NCBI GenBank assembly: GCA_028706715.1
Contig: JAQTVQ010000004.1
Coordinates: 1-53,839 of the forward strand
DNA from: Minisyncoccota bacterium
GTDB taxonomy: Bacteria > Patescibacteriota > Minisyncoccia > Minisyncoccales > JAQTVQ01
Direction: 5' to 3'
Length of the DNA stretch: 53,839 nucleotides
Made by a program: the position numbers and the translations under genes
Part shown: positions 1-8,848 of the stretch, in pieces
How positions within the stretch are numbered: the stretch's first letter is position 1
How the letters are laid out: each line of letters begins with the position of its first letter
The notes under the pieces: generated by a model
The model's database searches: none
What the model saw: only the letters and a program-made list of their open reading frames with translations
What the model was told of the DNA's origin: nothing

Positions 1-114
1 GATTTGCTGGAAATGTTTGGAGGCCATCCTCCGGCCGCCGGCTTTACCGTCAGAAATGATAATTTGGAAAAATTCAAAGAAAAACTAATAGATTATTTCA
101 GCAAAAAAAAATAG
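1..114 (+). CDS. recJ: 3' end of a RecJ-like single-stranded-DNA exonuclease (partial; start lies outside the window)
   Basis: Frame 1 reads DLLEMFGGHPPAAGFTVRNDNLEKFKEKLIDYFSKKK*. FGGH..AAG is the conserved C-terminal block of RecJ. Stop TAG at 112-114. Confidence 0.5.
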   Translation, partial: DLLEMFGGHPPAAGFTVRNDNLEKFKEKLIDYFSKKK

Positions 115-143
115 CCCCAAGAAAAAAGACACAGGAAAAAATA

Positions 144-188
144 CACAGGTGCCACCTGTGCGAAAACTTGCACAGGTGCCACCTGTGC
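144..188. repeat. Tandem pair of 17-bp perfect palindromes CACAGGTG-C-CACCTGTG
   Basis: Copies at 144-160 and 171-187, separated by cgaaaacttg. The same two-palindrome module recurs at 22272-22317, and a single copy at 1520-1536. Confidence 0.9.
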
Positions 189-248
189 AACTGGGGGTGG
201 ATAACTTATGCATTGAGCCAAAACATTTTCTTGGTTATAATATCAATA

Positions 249-1421
249 ATGAACATTTTTAATCTTTCTAGCTTTTTATCCTCCATCAAACAAAAATTGG
301 GAAAGGCCAAACAAAAAGATGCCAAAGCCTTTACTCTCATAGAGCTGATACTTGTTGTTGCCATCATCGGCATCCTTACTGCCGTAGTTCTTGTGTCCAT
401 CCAAGGCCCTCAAGCCTCAGCTAGAGACAGTCGCAGACAAAGCGATCTTTCTCAAATCGGAAAAGGCTTGCAAGCCTATTACCTTACCCATAACACTTAT
501 CCTCAAAGCGAAGAGATATCCTTGGAAAACGACGAAGAAAACGCAGAATTTGCCCAAGCCATGGAGCAGGGAGGATATTTTTCTGTCTTGCCCGAAGATC
601 CAAGCTATACGGCAGGAGGAGAATATACCTACAAATATATTTCCACAACTTCAGACTCATATACTCTTTGCGCTAAAGCAGAATCCAAAGAAGGCTACTA
701 TTGCGTCAGTCCGGAATTCAGCGGCGTCAGCCAAGAGGACAGCGTCCCGATGTTTGCGGGCTGGGGAGGAGGGGGATCTGGAGAAACATTTGTTTGCGGA
801 GTTAGCACAGTGGAAGGCGCGGGCGGTTTGACCTACGGGACGGTTCTTGGCCCGGACGGCAAGTGCTGGCTGGATCGCAACCTGGGCGCCACGCAAGTGG
901 CCACTTCCGCCAGCGATGTCAATTCCTATGGCTATTACTACCAATGGGGCAGACCGACAGACGGCCATCAGGTTTCTAATAGTCCCGCGACCATTATAAA
1001 GAGTCCGACTGATATTCCTGGTCATGGTTATATTATTAGGGTATGGGCAGAGCCTTATGATTGGCGCAATCCGCAAAGTCCAAACGAAGCAACCCTTTGG
1101 GCTGGCGCTAATGGCGGGTCGAACAATCCGTGCCCGACCGGTTGGCATGTGCCGACACAGACGGAATGGGCGACGGTGGCGGGTTATTTTTCGCCGCAAA
1201 ACAGCGTTGGCGCGTTTAATTCAACATTGAAACTGCCACTAGCCGGTTATCGCATTTCCCAGGATCCCATTCTTTGGCTCCAGGGCACAGTCGGTCATTA
1301 TTGGTCTAGCAACCCGAGCAGTGGCAAGGCTTTGTATCTTAGTTTCAGTTCGGATCATATGAATTCCTATATTATGACCGGCAGGGATAATGGTTTTTCG
1401 GTGCGGTGCGTCAAGGATTAG
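249..1421 (+). CDS. Type IV pilin-like protein fused to a FISUMP-type (Fibrobacter succinogenes major paralogous) C-terminal domain
   Basis: ORF 168-1421; the first ATG past the palindromes is at 249. A 27-aa leader is followed by FTLIELILVVAIIGILTAVVLV (class III signal, Glu at +5, Ala at -1). C-terminal blocks CWLDRNLGA, YYYQWGR, CPTGWHVPTQTEW, GHYWSS and GFSVRCVKD match the TIGR02145-type domain. Confidence 0.8.
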   Translation: MNIFNLSSFLSSIKQKLGKAKQKDAKAFTLIELILVVAIIGILTAVVLVSIQGPQASARDSRRQSDLSQIGKGLQAYYLTHNTYPQSEEISLENDEENAEFAQAMEQGGYFSVLPEDPSYTAGGEYTYKYISTTSDSYTLCAKAESKEGYYCVSPEFSGVSQEDSVPMFAGWGGGGSGETFVCGVSTVEGAGGLTYGTVLGPDGKCWLDRNLGATQVATSASDVNSYGYYYQWGRPTDGHQVSNSPATIIKSPTDIPGHGYIIRVWAEPYDWRNPQSPNEATLWAGANGGSNNPCPTGWHVPTQTEWATVAGYFSPQNSVGAFNSTLKLPLAGYRISQDPILWLQGTVGHYWSSNPSSGKALYLSFSSDHMNSYIMTGRDNGFSVRCVKD

Positions 1422-1439
1422 TCCGGCAATTTGACAATT

Positions 1440-1479
1440 CGTCCTTGCCGTTACGCGGCAAGGACGGCGTGAATTTTTT
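1440..1479 (+). terminator. Rho-independent terminator after the pilin-fusion gene
   Basis: An 11-bp perfect stem (cgtccttgccg 1440-1450 / cggcaaggacg 1456-1466) with a 5-nt loop. A T-run follows at 1474-1479. Confidence 0.6.
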
Positions 1480-1519
1480 GATAATATCGGAACTTATATA
1501 TATTAAATTATTTTTTTTG

Positions 1520-1536
1520 CACAGGTGGCACCTGTG
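1520..1536. repeat. Single copy of the CACAGGTG-G-CACCTGTG palindrome
   Basis: Same 8-1-8 palindrome as at 144-188 and 22272-22317. It lies in the pilin/alaS intergenic region. Confidence 0.9.
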
Positions 1537-1660
1537 TATTTTTTCTGTGGGGTTGCGCTATTTTTTGTTTATTTTGGGGATTTTTCATTTGGCTGTAATT
1601 TTGATAATATATAAATACTAAAAAGGCTGCGATTATTTTAATCGTTTTTTTATAGAAGAT

Positions 1661-3529
1661 ATGGAGTCAAAAGAAGTCAGGGAAAAATTTTTGAAATATT
1701 TAGAAAAAAAAGGATGCAAAATAACGCCGTCCGCTTCTTTGGTTCCGGAAAACGATCCCACGACTTTATTTACCAGCGCGGGGATGCAGCAGATGGTTCC
1801 TTATTTATTGGGAGAAAAGCATCCTCTTGGCGCTCGTATTGCGAATTCCCAAAAATGCTTTCGCGCCAAGGACATTGAAGAAGTCGGGGATTTGCGCCAC
1901 AACACTTTTTTTGAAATGCTGGGAGACTGGTCGTTTAACGATTTTTTCAAAAAGGAGCAGATATCTTGGATCTTTGAATTTTTAACCGAAGAAATAGGAC
2001 TTGATCCGAAAAGGCTTTACATCACCGCTTTTCGCGGAAGCCCGCAGAATGATATTCCCAAAGACGCCGAAACCGTTGAAATTTGGAAAGAGCTTTTCAA
2101 AAAAAACGGGATAGAGGCTAAAGAAGCCGACTTTTCAGAAAAAAACGGAATGAAAGAAGGGGAGAGAATTTTTTACTATGATGAAAATAAAAATTGGTGG
2201 TCCAGGTCGGGCAATCCGGAGAATATGCCCGAGGGAGAACTGGGAGGCCCGGACTCTGAAATTTTTTGGGACTTTGGGGAAGAATTGAAGCTGCACGAAA
2301 ATTCGCCATGGAAAGACCAGCCATGCCACGTTAACTGCGATTGCGGCCGGTTTTTTGAAATAGGAAATAATGTTTTTATGCAGTATATCAAGGAGCAGGG
2401 TAAAATCAGGCCTTTTTCCAAGAAAAATGTTGATTTCGGAGGAGGGCTGGAACGCATTGTCGCCGCTTCCCAAAGCAGTCCGGATGTTTTTAAAACCGAT
2501 TTATTTTTGCCTGTGATCAATCATATTGAAAAAATATCAGAAAAAAAATACGCCGGTTCGGAAAGCGAAAACGATAAATGTTTTCGCGTTATCGCCGACC
2601 ATATCAGGGCGGCTGTCTTTTTGATTTCCGATGGAGCGAATCCCTCCAACAAGGCGCAGGGATATTTTACTAGAAGAGTTATCCGCCGGGCGGTTGTAAA
2701 AGCCCAAAAATTAGGGATAAACGAAAATTTTATGGCGCGATCAGCCGAGATTGCTTACAATATTTATGATGGAATTTACGATTTTCCGAAACAAAAAGTA
2801 GAAGAGGAGCTGGAAAAAGAAGAAAGCAAATTCAGAAAAACGCTGGCTGAAGGATTAAAAAGGTTCAACAATCTTGTTTCCGAAAACGCTGACAGCGGAA
2901 AAAAACTTCTAAGAGGATCGGAATCTTTTTATCTTTACCAATCGTTTGGGTTTCCAAAGGAGTTAATCCAGGAGTTGGCTGCGGAAGAAGACTTTGAATT
3001 TGACGAAAAAGGATTTGACAATGAATTTTTGAAGCATCAAGAGTTATCACGCACTGCCAGCGCCGGAATGTTTAAAGGCGGATTAGCCGATGCCGGAGAG
3101 CAAACCACAAAATTGCACACCGCGGCTCATTTAATGCTGGCCGCTTTGCGTTCGGTGCTCGGAAGCCATGTATCGCAAAAAGGTTCAAATATTACGGCTG
3201 AAAGGCTTCGTTTTGATTTTTCCCATCCTCAAAAAGTCACGCCTGAAGAGCTTGAAAAAGTTGAAGCCTTGGTTAATGAACAAATAGCCGAGGATATTGC
3301 GGTTGAAGAAAAAGAAATGAGCTTGGAAGAGGCAAAAAATCAGGGCGCTGTCGGAGCTTTTGAAAATAAGTACGGCGAAGCGGTAAAAGTTTATACTATC
3401 GGCGGATTTTCCAAGGAAATTTGCGGAGGCCCCCATGTTAAAAGAACGGGAGAGCTCGGAGCTTTTAAAATAATCAAAGAAGAAAGTTCAAGTTCCGGAA
3501 TCAGGAGAATTAAAGCGGTTTTAAATTGA
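1661..3529 (+). CDS. alaS: Alanyl-tRNA synthetase, short form (622 aa)
   Basis: The N-terminus ...KITPSASLVPENDPTTLFTSAGMQQ is the AlaRS signature. The editing-domain motifs HTAAHLM and CGGPHV are present. The protein ends just after the editing domain, with a TGA stop. Confidence 0.9.
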   Translation: MESKEVREKFLKYLEKKGCKITPSASLVPENDPTTLFTSAGMQQMVPYLLGEKHPLGARIANSQKCFRAKDIEEVGDLRHNTFFEMLGDWSFNDFFKKEQISWIFEFLTEEIGLDPKRLYITAFRGSPQNDIPKDAETVEIWKELFKKNGIEAKEADFSEKNGMKEGERIFYYDENKNWWSRSGNPENMPEGELGGPDSEIFWDFGEELKLHENSPWKDQPCHVNCDCGRFFEIGNNVFMQYIKEQGKIRPFSKKNVDFGGGLERIVAASQSSPDVFKTDLFLPVINHIEKISEKKYAGSESENDKCFRVIADHIRAAVFLISDGANPSNKAQGYFTRRVIRRAVVKAQKLGINENFMARSAEIAYNIYDGIYDFPKQKVEEELEKEESKFRKTLAEGLKRFNNLVSENADSGKKLLRGSESFYLYQSFGFPKELIQELAAEEDFEFDEKGFDNEFLKHQELSRTASAGMFKGGLADAGEQTTKLHTAAHLMLAALRSVLGSHVSQKGSNITAERLRFDFSHPQKVTPEELEKVEALVNEQIAEDIAVEEKEMSLEEAKNQGAVGAFENKYGEAVKVYTIGGFSKEICGGPHVKRTGELGAFKIIKEESSSSGIRRIKAVLN

Positions 3530-3554
3530 TTTATTAATTATTAATCAAGTTCTT

Positions 3555-4856
3555 ATGGCTAAAAAAATATTTGATATAATTCCGCCCGGCGGATCTCTTA
3601 AAGAAAAAGATTCTTTAAAAACAAAAAATTTTTCAAAAAAATCAGACTTTCAACGCCGTTCGGATAAACCTGAAAAAGAGTCTTCCTCCAATTTTTCAGC
3701 AAAATTTTTAGCGCTGGCGATTGTTTTGATCTTGTTGGGAGCGGCGGCTTATTTTCTAGTTGAATCCGAGGCGAATATTAAGATATGGCCGGAAATTTTT
3801 TCAGCAAAAACCCAAGATCAAGTTTTGCTGAAAGCCGGAGACGCGGGCCAGCAGATTGACTTTGAACAAAAAATTGTTCCTGCCGTTTTAATTCAAAAAA
3901 CATTAGAGCAAGGAATCACCGTTTCCGCGACCGGTCCGTTGGAAAACGACGCCAAAGCCAAAGGGACTTTGAGAGTTTATAATAAATATGAACCGCCCAC
4001 GGCCCTTACTCTTGTTAAAAACACCAGGTTCCTTTCTTCACCGCAAGAAAAAACTTTTAAAGCTTTAAGCGCCATTCATCTGCCGGCTGCCACATACGAG
4101 GGAGGCAAGCTTGTTCCCGGTTTTGTTGACATAACGGTGGAGGCTGACGAGTCAGGGTCTGGATATAATATAGATTCTTCTTCAAGATTTTCTATCCCGA
4201 AATTGGTTGGAACAAGCTATTTTTACACAACTTGGGCTGAAAACATAGGTTCTCTTGAAGGAGGGTCGGACACGGGAGCGAAAACGGTCACAAAAGAGGA
4301 TCTAGACGATGCCAGGAGCCGTTTTTTTGAAGAAGGATTTGAAGAAGCTAAAAAGAATTTATCTTTAGACGTCCAATCAGGCTTTGTCTTAATTGACACT
4401 TTGGTAAGCCAAGAACTGGAGGGAGAACTTGAATTTTCGGCCGAGGAAGGAGACGCAAGGGATGCTTTCGTCGCTTCCGGCAGAATTATTTCCAAAGCTT
4501 TAGTTTTTAGACAGAAAGATATTGATACCTATGCTTCTAACTTGCTTTCCAATCTTTCCGACTCTTCCGGCCAAGTGGTGCCCGAGAGCCTGAAAGCTGT
4601 TTCCGCGGGCAGATCTATTGATTTTGGAGAGCAGACAGCTTTGCTGGATTTATCCATTACGGCAAAGACTTATTCGTTGGAAGAAGAGAAGAAAATCAAA
4701 GAGCTTCTGCGAGGGCAAAAAATTGACTCCGCCGTTTCTTTAATCAATAATTATTCGGGCATAAAAAAGGCGGACATTGAATTATCTCCTTTTTGGAAAA
4801 AGCAGCTTCCATCAGATTTAAGCAAGATGCAGGTTGAGCTTATTTTCAACGAATAA
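3555..4856 (+). CDS. Hypothetical membrane-anchored protein
   Basis: 433-aa ORF with a basic N-terminus, one TM helix (FLALAIVLILLGAAAYFLV) and a large soluble part. I recognise no motif. Confidence 0.6.
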   Translation: MAKKIFDIIPPGGSLKEKDSLKTKNFSKKSDFQRRSDKPEKESSSNFSAKFLALAIVLILLGAAAYFLVESEANIKIWPEIFSAKTQDQVLLKAGDAGQQIDFEQKIVPAVLIQKTLEQGITVSATGPLENDAKAKGTLRVYNKYEPPTALTLVKNTRFLSSPQEKTFKALSAIHLPAATYEGGKLVPGFVDITVEADESGSGYNIDSSSRFSIPKLVGTSYFYTTWAENIGSLEGGSDTGAKTVTKEDLDDARSRFFEEGFEEAKKNLSLDVQSGFVLIDTLVSQELEGELEFSAEEGDARDAFVASGRIISKALVFRQKDIDTYASNLLSNLSDSSGQVVPESLKAVSAGRSIDFGEQTALLDLSITAKTYSLEEEKKIKELLRGQKIDSAVSLINNYSGIKKADIELSPFWKKQLPSDLSKMQVELIFNE

Positions 4857-4970
4857 ACAAGTATAAATTTAAAATAGGCGAGAGGTTTTTCTGAAAGGAA
4901 TTTTACCTGTCTTTTTGAAATATTTTTCGTGAGGAAGAGAAAAAACCGGCATATGGCCTTGCGCGCGGGG

Positions 4971-4999
4971 TTGACCAGAATTGTGATTTTTGTTAGACT
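4971..4999 (+). promoter_or_regulatory. Candidate sigma-70-type promoter of the infA-ribosomal protein operon
   Basis: TTGACC (4971-4976), a 17-nt spacer, then TAGACT (4994-4999), about 20 nt upstream of the infA ATG. Confidence 0.4.
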
Positions 5000-5018
5000 G
5001 GCTTTGCTTTAAAAACTA

Positions 5019-5243
5019 ATGGAAAACAAAGAAGCAAAAATTAGAAAAGAGGGAGTGGTAGTGGAGAGCTTGCCAAATGCGTATTTTCGGGTATCATTAA
5101 ACGAAGATAATTCAATTATCCTTGCTCATTTGGCTGGAAAATTGAGAATTCATCGGATTAAAATTTTACCCGGAGATAAAGTTACAGTAGAGCTTACCCC
5201 GTATGATAAAACGAGGGGTAGGATAACTTACCGAGGAAGGTAA
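5019..5243 (+). CDS. infA: Translation initiation factor IF-1
   Basis: 74 aa. [15 protein letters not shown]...[35 protein letters not shown] is the canonical IF-1 S1-fold sequence. Confidence 0.95.
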   Translation: MENKEAKIRKEGVVVESLPNAYFRVSLNEDNSIILAHLAGKLRIHRIKILPGDKVTVELTPYDKTRGRITYRGR

Positions 5244-5315
5244 CTAAATTTTTCAATGGTAGTAATCTGAAATTATCTAAGATAATTTTGGGTTGTCCAT
5301 TGGAATTTTGATTTT

Positions 5316-5432
5316 GTGAAAGTTAGACCGTCAGTTAAAAAAATATGCAAAGATTGCAAAATTGTCCGACGCAAAGGATATATTTATGTAATCTGTAAAA
5401 AGAATCCCAAGCATAAACAAAGACAGGGATAA
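5316..5432 (+). CDS. rpmJ: 50S ribosomal protein L36 (GTG start; too short for the ORF track)
   Basis: Hand translation gives [38 protein letters not shown]. This has the canonical L36 Cys/His pattern and sits in the expected position between infA and rpsM. Confidence 0.9.
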   Translation: MKVRPSVKKICKDCKIVRRKGYIYVICKKNPKHKQRQG

Positions 5433-5455
5433 TTTTAATTGTAAAATAAAAACAA

Positions 5456-5845
5456 ATGCCACGTATTGCGGGAATCAACATTCCAGAAAACAAACAAATA
5501 GAATTTTCTTTAACTTATATTTACGGCATAGGCCGCGCTTTAAGCAGGAAAATTTTGGCAGAGGCTAAAATTCCGAACAACAAGCTTGCCAAAGACTTGG
5601 AGCAGCAGGAAGTAGCCGCTTTAAAAGAAATTGTTGAGAAAAGACATAAAGTTGAAGGAGACTTGAAGAGGTCTTTAATGATGAGCATAAAAAGGCTCAA
5701 AGACATAGGCAGTTATAGAGGATACCGCCATGCCAAGAGACTGACTTGCAGAGGACAGACAACCAGGATTAACAGCCGCACTGTCCGCGGAAACGTTAGA
5801 AGGACGGCGGGCTCCGGCAGAAAAGCCGCTCCGACTCCTACTTAA
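5456..5845 (+). CDS. rpsM: 30S ribosomal protein S13
   Basis: MPRIAGINIPENKQIEFSLTYIYGIGRALSRKIL... is the canonical S13 N-terminus. Confidence 0.95.
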   Translation: MPRIAGINIPENKQIEFSLTYIYGIGRALSRKILAEAKIPNNKLAKDLEQQEVAALKEIVEKRHKVEGDLKRSLMMSIKRLKDIGSYRGYRHAKRLTCRGQTTRINSRTVRGNVRRTAGSGRKAAPTPT

Positions 5846-5888
5846 TTCAGTTTAAGTTTTTCGCTTAATTTTATTTATATCAATTCCT

Positions 5889-6344
5889 ATGGGTAAAAAG
5901 AAAATTATAACAACCAGCCCTGAACAGCTTATTAAAGAAAAAGAGAAGATAGACAAAGCTATTGTGGCCGAAGCGGCTGCGCCGGTAAAATCTCAAGCGG
6001 CAAGAGAGGGCAAAATTTGCATTTTTAGCACCTACAACAACACAATAATTGTTTTGACTGACAGTTCCGGCAATGCTATGGCGCAAAAAAGCGCCGGAGG
6101 CATCGGCTTCAAGGGCAGCAAGAAGTCAACCCCTTTCGCCGCTTCCAAAGTGGCTGAAACGCTGGGGCAGGTTGCTTTAAAAGCTGGGATTAAAAGAGTT
6201 TTTATAGATGTTAAGGGGATTGGATCCGGCCGCGAATCTGCTTTAAGGTCTATTGCCAACCAAGGTTTTGATATCATTGGCATTAAAGATAAAACGCCGG
6301 TGCCGCATAATGGATGCCGTCCTAAAAAGCCAAGAAGGTTATAG
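5889..6344 (+). CDS. rpsK: 30S ribosomal protein S11
   Basis: GKICIFSTYNNTIIVLTDSSGN...GFKGSKKSTPFAA...KTPVPHNGCRPKKPRRL are S11 signature blocks. Confidence 0.95.
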   Translation: MGKKKIITTSPEQLIKEKEKIDKAIVAEAAAPVKSQAAREGKICIFSTYNNTIIVLTDSSGNAMAQKSAGGIGFKGSKKSTPFAASKVAETLGQVALKAGIKRVFIDVKGIGSGRESALRSIANQGFDIIGIKDKTPVPHNGCRPKKPRRL

Positions 6345-6370
6345 GTTTAATTTATCAAGAATACATTTTT

Positions 6371-6994
6371 ATGGAAAAACTAAAATGTAAAATCTGCAGA
6401 AGATTGGGATTGAAGCTTTTTTTGAAAGGCGAACGTTGCTATTCCGCAAAATGCGCAATGATTAAAAGGCCCTATTCTCCGGGAATGAAAGGAAAAAGAA
6501 GGCCTTCGGCTCTTTCTGAATACGGAAAACAACTTCAAGAGTCGCAGAAAGTCAAGAAGTGGTATAAAATCAGCGAGTCGCAATTTGGAAATTATGTAAA
6601 AGATGTTTTGACTCATAGAGAAGGAGGGCAGGACGTGACGAATATCCTTATTCAAAAATTAGAAAAAAGATTGGATAACGTCGTTTTTAAGCTTGGTTTT
6701 GCAGGATCAAGATCTCAAGCAAGACAATTAGTGAACCACAGGCATTTTTTGGTCAATGGCAAAATAGTTGACATTCCGTCTTATCAGACGAAAATAGGAG
6801 ACAAAATATCCATAAAAAAAGAAAAGGACGGAGCCTTTAAAGATTTAGCTGTTTCCATCAAGAAGTATAATGCTCCTGCTTGGCTTGAACTTAACAAGGA
6901 AAAGATGGAAGGCCAGGTTAAAAGAGATCCGGTTTTGGAAGACGCTCAATTGCCGGCCGAAATTACTACTATTTTTGAGTTTTATTCTAGATAG
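6371..6994 (+). CDS. rpsD: 30S ribosomal protein S4
   Basis: N-terminal zinc-ribbon-like segment CKICRRLG...GERCYSAKC. The S4 RNA-binding domain (RLDNVVFKLGFAGSRSQARQLVNHRHFLVNG) follows. Confidence 0.95.
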   Translation: MEKLKCKICRRLGLKLFLKGERCYSAKCAMIKRPYSPGMKGKRRPSALSEYGKQLQESQKVKKWYKISESQFGNYVKDVLTHREGGQDVTNILIQKLEKRLDNVVFKLGFAGSRSQARQLVNHRHFLVNGKIVDIPSYQTKIGDKISIKKEKDGAFKDLAVSIKKYNAPAWLELNKEKMEGQVKRDPVLEDAQLPAEITTIFEFYSR

Positions 6995-7063
6995 CAATTA
7001 ATAAAATAAGCATATTAAAACGTTCCAGCTCTTCTCTAGAGCAAACGTAGGTTAAACAAAATT

Positions 7064-8053
7064 ATGATTCCCTTGCCTCAATCGTTCAAAGTTAAAAAAA
7101 TCAAGGAGAACCATGCTTCTTTTGAAGCGGAAGGCTTTTGGCCGGGATACGGCACTACTTTGGGAAACGCTTTGAGAAGAGTGCTTTTATCTTCTTTGGA
7201 AGGAGCGGCCGTTACAGAGGTGAAAATTCAAGGGGCTTCCCACGAATTTTCTACAATTTCCGGAGTTTCCGAAGACGTTTTGCAAATCCTTATGAATTTA
7301 AAGAAGTTGAGATTCAAAAGTTTTTCCGGCGAACCGCAAAAAGTTACTTTAAGCGTCCAAGGAGAGAAAGAAGTCAAGGGATCGGATATAAAGCTTTCTC
7401 CTCAAATTGAGCTGGCAAACCCGGAACTGGTTATCGCCACTATCAACGACAAAAAAGCCGGCTTAGATATGGAACTGCAGATTGAAAAAGGGGTTGGATA
7501 TGTTTCCCAAGACTTAATAAAGAACAAAAAGCCGGAAATAGGCGTAATTGCCTTAGACGCTATTTTTACTCCCATTAAAAGCGTTAATTACAAAGTGGAG
7601 AATATGCGTGTCGGAGGAAGAACGGATTTTGACAAGCTTGAAATTGAAGTAGAAACAGACGGCACAGTAGATCCTGAAACCGCTTTTTCTCAAGCTATTG
7701 ATATTTTGCTTGGCCAGTTGCAGTTTATGAAAGAAAATTTAAATCCGGCCGAGCCTAAAATTGTTATATCCGAAGAACCTGAAGAAACCGAAGAGACGGC
7801 AAAGGAACCCGAAGAAGCTGCCGAAAAAGAAAGCGAGAAGGAAGAAGCTCCTTCCGCCCTTGACAAAGAGCTTGGCGAATTAAAAATTTCCAGCCGCACA
7901 TTGAATGTTCTAGCCGAGCACAAGATTAAAACTGTCAGCAAATTGGTTTCCAAGACGGCAGAAGACATTGCCGGATTAAAAGGAATGGGAGACAAAGGAA
8001 TGAAGGAAATAAGGAAAGCTTTAAAGAAGATGGATTTGGACTTCAAACTGTAA
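7064..8053 (+). CDS. rpoA: DNA-directed RNA polymerase alpha subunit
   Basis: NTD segment FEAEGFWPGYGTTLGNALRRVLLSSLEGAAV and CTD helix-hairpin-helix segment LKISSRTLNVLAEHKIKTVSKL. An acidic linker (EEPEETEETAKEPEEAAEKESEKEE) joins the two domains. Confidence 0.95.
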   Translation: MIPLPQSFKVKKIKENHASFEAEGFWPGYGTTLGNALRRVLLSSLEGAAVTEVKIQGASHEFSTISGVSEDVLQILMNLKKLRFKSFSGEPQKVTLSVQGEKEVKGSDIKLSPQIELANPELVIATINDKKAGLDMELQIEKGVGYVSQDLIKNKKPEIGVIALDAIFTPIKSVNYKVENMRVGGRTDFDKLEIEVETDGTVDPETAFSQAIDILLGQLQFMKENLNPAEPKIVISEEPEETEETAKEPEEAAEKESEKEEAPSALDKELGELKISSRTLNVLAEHKIKTVSKLVSKTAEDIAGLKGMGDKGMKEIRKALKKMDLDFKL

Positions 8054-8118
8054 ACTTATTAAAATAATTCGTTAATTTAGCGAGATTGCCGAAGAAACGG
8101 CTTAACAAAAAAAGAAAG

Positions 8119-8466
8119 ATGCGGAACTTAATTAAAGGTAGAAAATTTCATAGGGAAACGGCGCAAAGAAAAGCTATGTTAAGGACAATGGCCACTTCTT
8201 TGATCATGAAGGAGAAAATAAAGACGGGAGAGGCTAAAGCTAAAGAATTGTCAGGCTATGTGGAGAAAAAAATCACTCGCGCCAAAAAAGGAGATTTGGC
8301 CGCCAGCCGTTATTTAGCCAAGTTTTTTTGCCCGAGAGCTGTTTCAAAATTAGTAAAAGAAGTCGCTCCTAAATATAAAGATCGCGCCGGAGGATATACG
8401 CGCATTGTCAAATTGGGTCCGAGAAAAACAGACGGAGCCAAAATGGCAATAATAGAATTAGTTTAA
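8119..8466 (+). CDS. rplQ: 50S ribosomal protein L17
   Basis: MRNLIKGRKFHRETAQRKAMLR matches the usual L17 start. The ORF-track start at 8086 is a TTG that would add 11 basic residues, so the start is ambiguous. Confidence 0.9.
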   Translation: MRNLIKGRKFHRETAQRKAMLRTMATSLIMKEKIKTGEAKAKELSGYVEKKITRAKKGDLAASRYLAKFFCPRAVSKLVKEVAPKYKDRAGGYTRIVKLGPRKTDGAKMAIIELV

Positions 8467-8476
8467 TTATTTAGAT

Positions 8477-8827
8477 ATGGAAGAAAGAAAAACTCATATT
8501 ATTGATGCCGCAGGCAAGCCGCTAGGAAGGCTCGCAACGGAAATAACCGTGCTTTTAAGAGGAAAGCAGAAGCAAGAATTTGCTCCGAATAAAGATTCGG
8601 GAGATTTTGTAGTTGTTAAAAATATCAAACAAGTTGTTTTCAGCGGGAACAAGTTTAAGCAAAAAACATATTTTATCCACACCGGATATATCGGCCATGA
8701 CAGAGAACAGCCTATGTCTGAAGTTTTTGAAAAAAATCCGGGAGAAGTTTTAAAAAAAGCAGTTTCAGGGATGATGCCTAAAAACAAATTAAGGCCGATT
8801 CAAATTAAAAGACTAAAGGTCCAATAA
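8477..8827 (+). CDS. rplM: 50S ribosomal protein L13
   Basis: IIDAAGKPLGRLATEITVLLRGKQK...GDFVVVKN...HTGYIG are L13 blocks. Confidence 0.9.
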   Translation: MEERKTHIIDAAGKPLGRLATEITVLLRGKQKQEFAPNKDSGDFVVVKNIKQVVFSGNKFKQKTYFIHTGYIGHDREQPMSEVFEKNPGEVLKKAVSGMMPKNKLRPIQIKRLKVQ

Positions 8828-8848
8828 GGATTTGCGAGCAAAATCAAT

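Noticed and set aside
168-248. N-terminal extension MHRCHLCNWGW… of the pilin ORF, and the similar MHRCHLC-starting ORFs at 1406-1621 (internal HRWHLC), 22050-22292 (-) and 22297-22524 (+)
   Set aside because: The shared peptide is simply the translation of the CACAGGTGSCACCTGTG palindrome, so these are read-through artefacts of a DNA repeat. The pilin start was moved to 249.
8086-8118. TTG start for L17 given by the ORF track
   Set aside because: The ATG at 8119 reproduces the canonical L17 N-terminus (MR…GRK…RKAMLR). The extra 11 residues are unconserved poly-basic sequence.
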